Assembly: GCA_039621445.1 (NCBI GenBank)
Contig: CP154954.1
Location: 30,260,395 to 30,324,394, forward strand
Origin: Euglena gracilis
Lineage: Eukaryota
DNA: 64,000 bases
Reading direction: 5' to 3'
Under the pieces are notes generated by a model, which saw only the letters and a program-made list of their open reading frames with translations, was not told the origin of the DNA and made no database searches. Shown here in pieces: positions 63,701-64,000 of this stretch. Positions within the stretch are counted from its first letter, which is position 1. Each line of letters begins with the position of its first letter. A program made the position numbers and the translations under genes.

Positions 63701-64000
63701 GCAATGACCCTCTCTGATTCAACCCTGACGACCCACAACGACCCATTGCTGTAATCATTGGTTATACTCTGTTCACATGTTTTGGGCATTAAAAATGCTC
63801 TCCACTTTCCTTGATTACCCCTCTTTCGTGTCAAGTCCAACAAAAATCACAAATATTGAGAACCAAACCTGGATTTTGAAAGCAGGTTGGCAAATTTAGC
63901 AGCACATCACTCCAGAATTAGGAATATGAAAATTATGGCAAAGAAGCATCTGGAAATTTTCTGGGTGTTTTACCAAACCACCCAGAAAGTTTGTTTGTTA

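Noticed and set aside
63719-63792. TCAACCCTGA as the 3' end of UGDH intron 4
   Set aside because: It pairs with the donor, but the following frame is not UGDH (no SNPEFLAEG) and stops quickly; the true exon lies beyond the window.

Overview
This is repeat-saturated eukaryotic nuclear DNA, almost certainly from a euglenid: its introns follow the euglenid non-conventional code N3-CAG...CTG-N5|R alongside GT-AG and GC-AG introns. Two split genes can be rebuilt by hand. The first is a minus-strand multi-exon gene (about 14 to at least 24434, possibly 45234) whose 3' exons encode a SIN1/Avo1-type CRIM domain followed by an RBD-like domain. The second is the first four coding exons of UDP-glucose 6-dehydrogenase on the plus strand (54293-63380, continuing past the window). 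The rest is MITEs, decayed CRE-clade non-LTR retroelement fragments (one with a 2A-like peptide), a foldback element carrying a two-monomer satellite, and microsatellites. Main observation: the window's hAT-like MITEs end in CAG...CTG and have 8-bp target-site duplications, and several introns of both genes start or end with those MITE termini. The splice code's 3+5 nt overhang equals the 8-bp TSD, so splicing would restore the pre-insertion sequence exactly, pointing to a MITE introner system. All exon joins were derived manually from phase and motif logic and need RNA confirmation.
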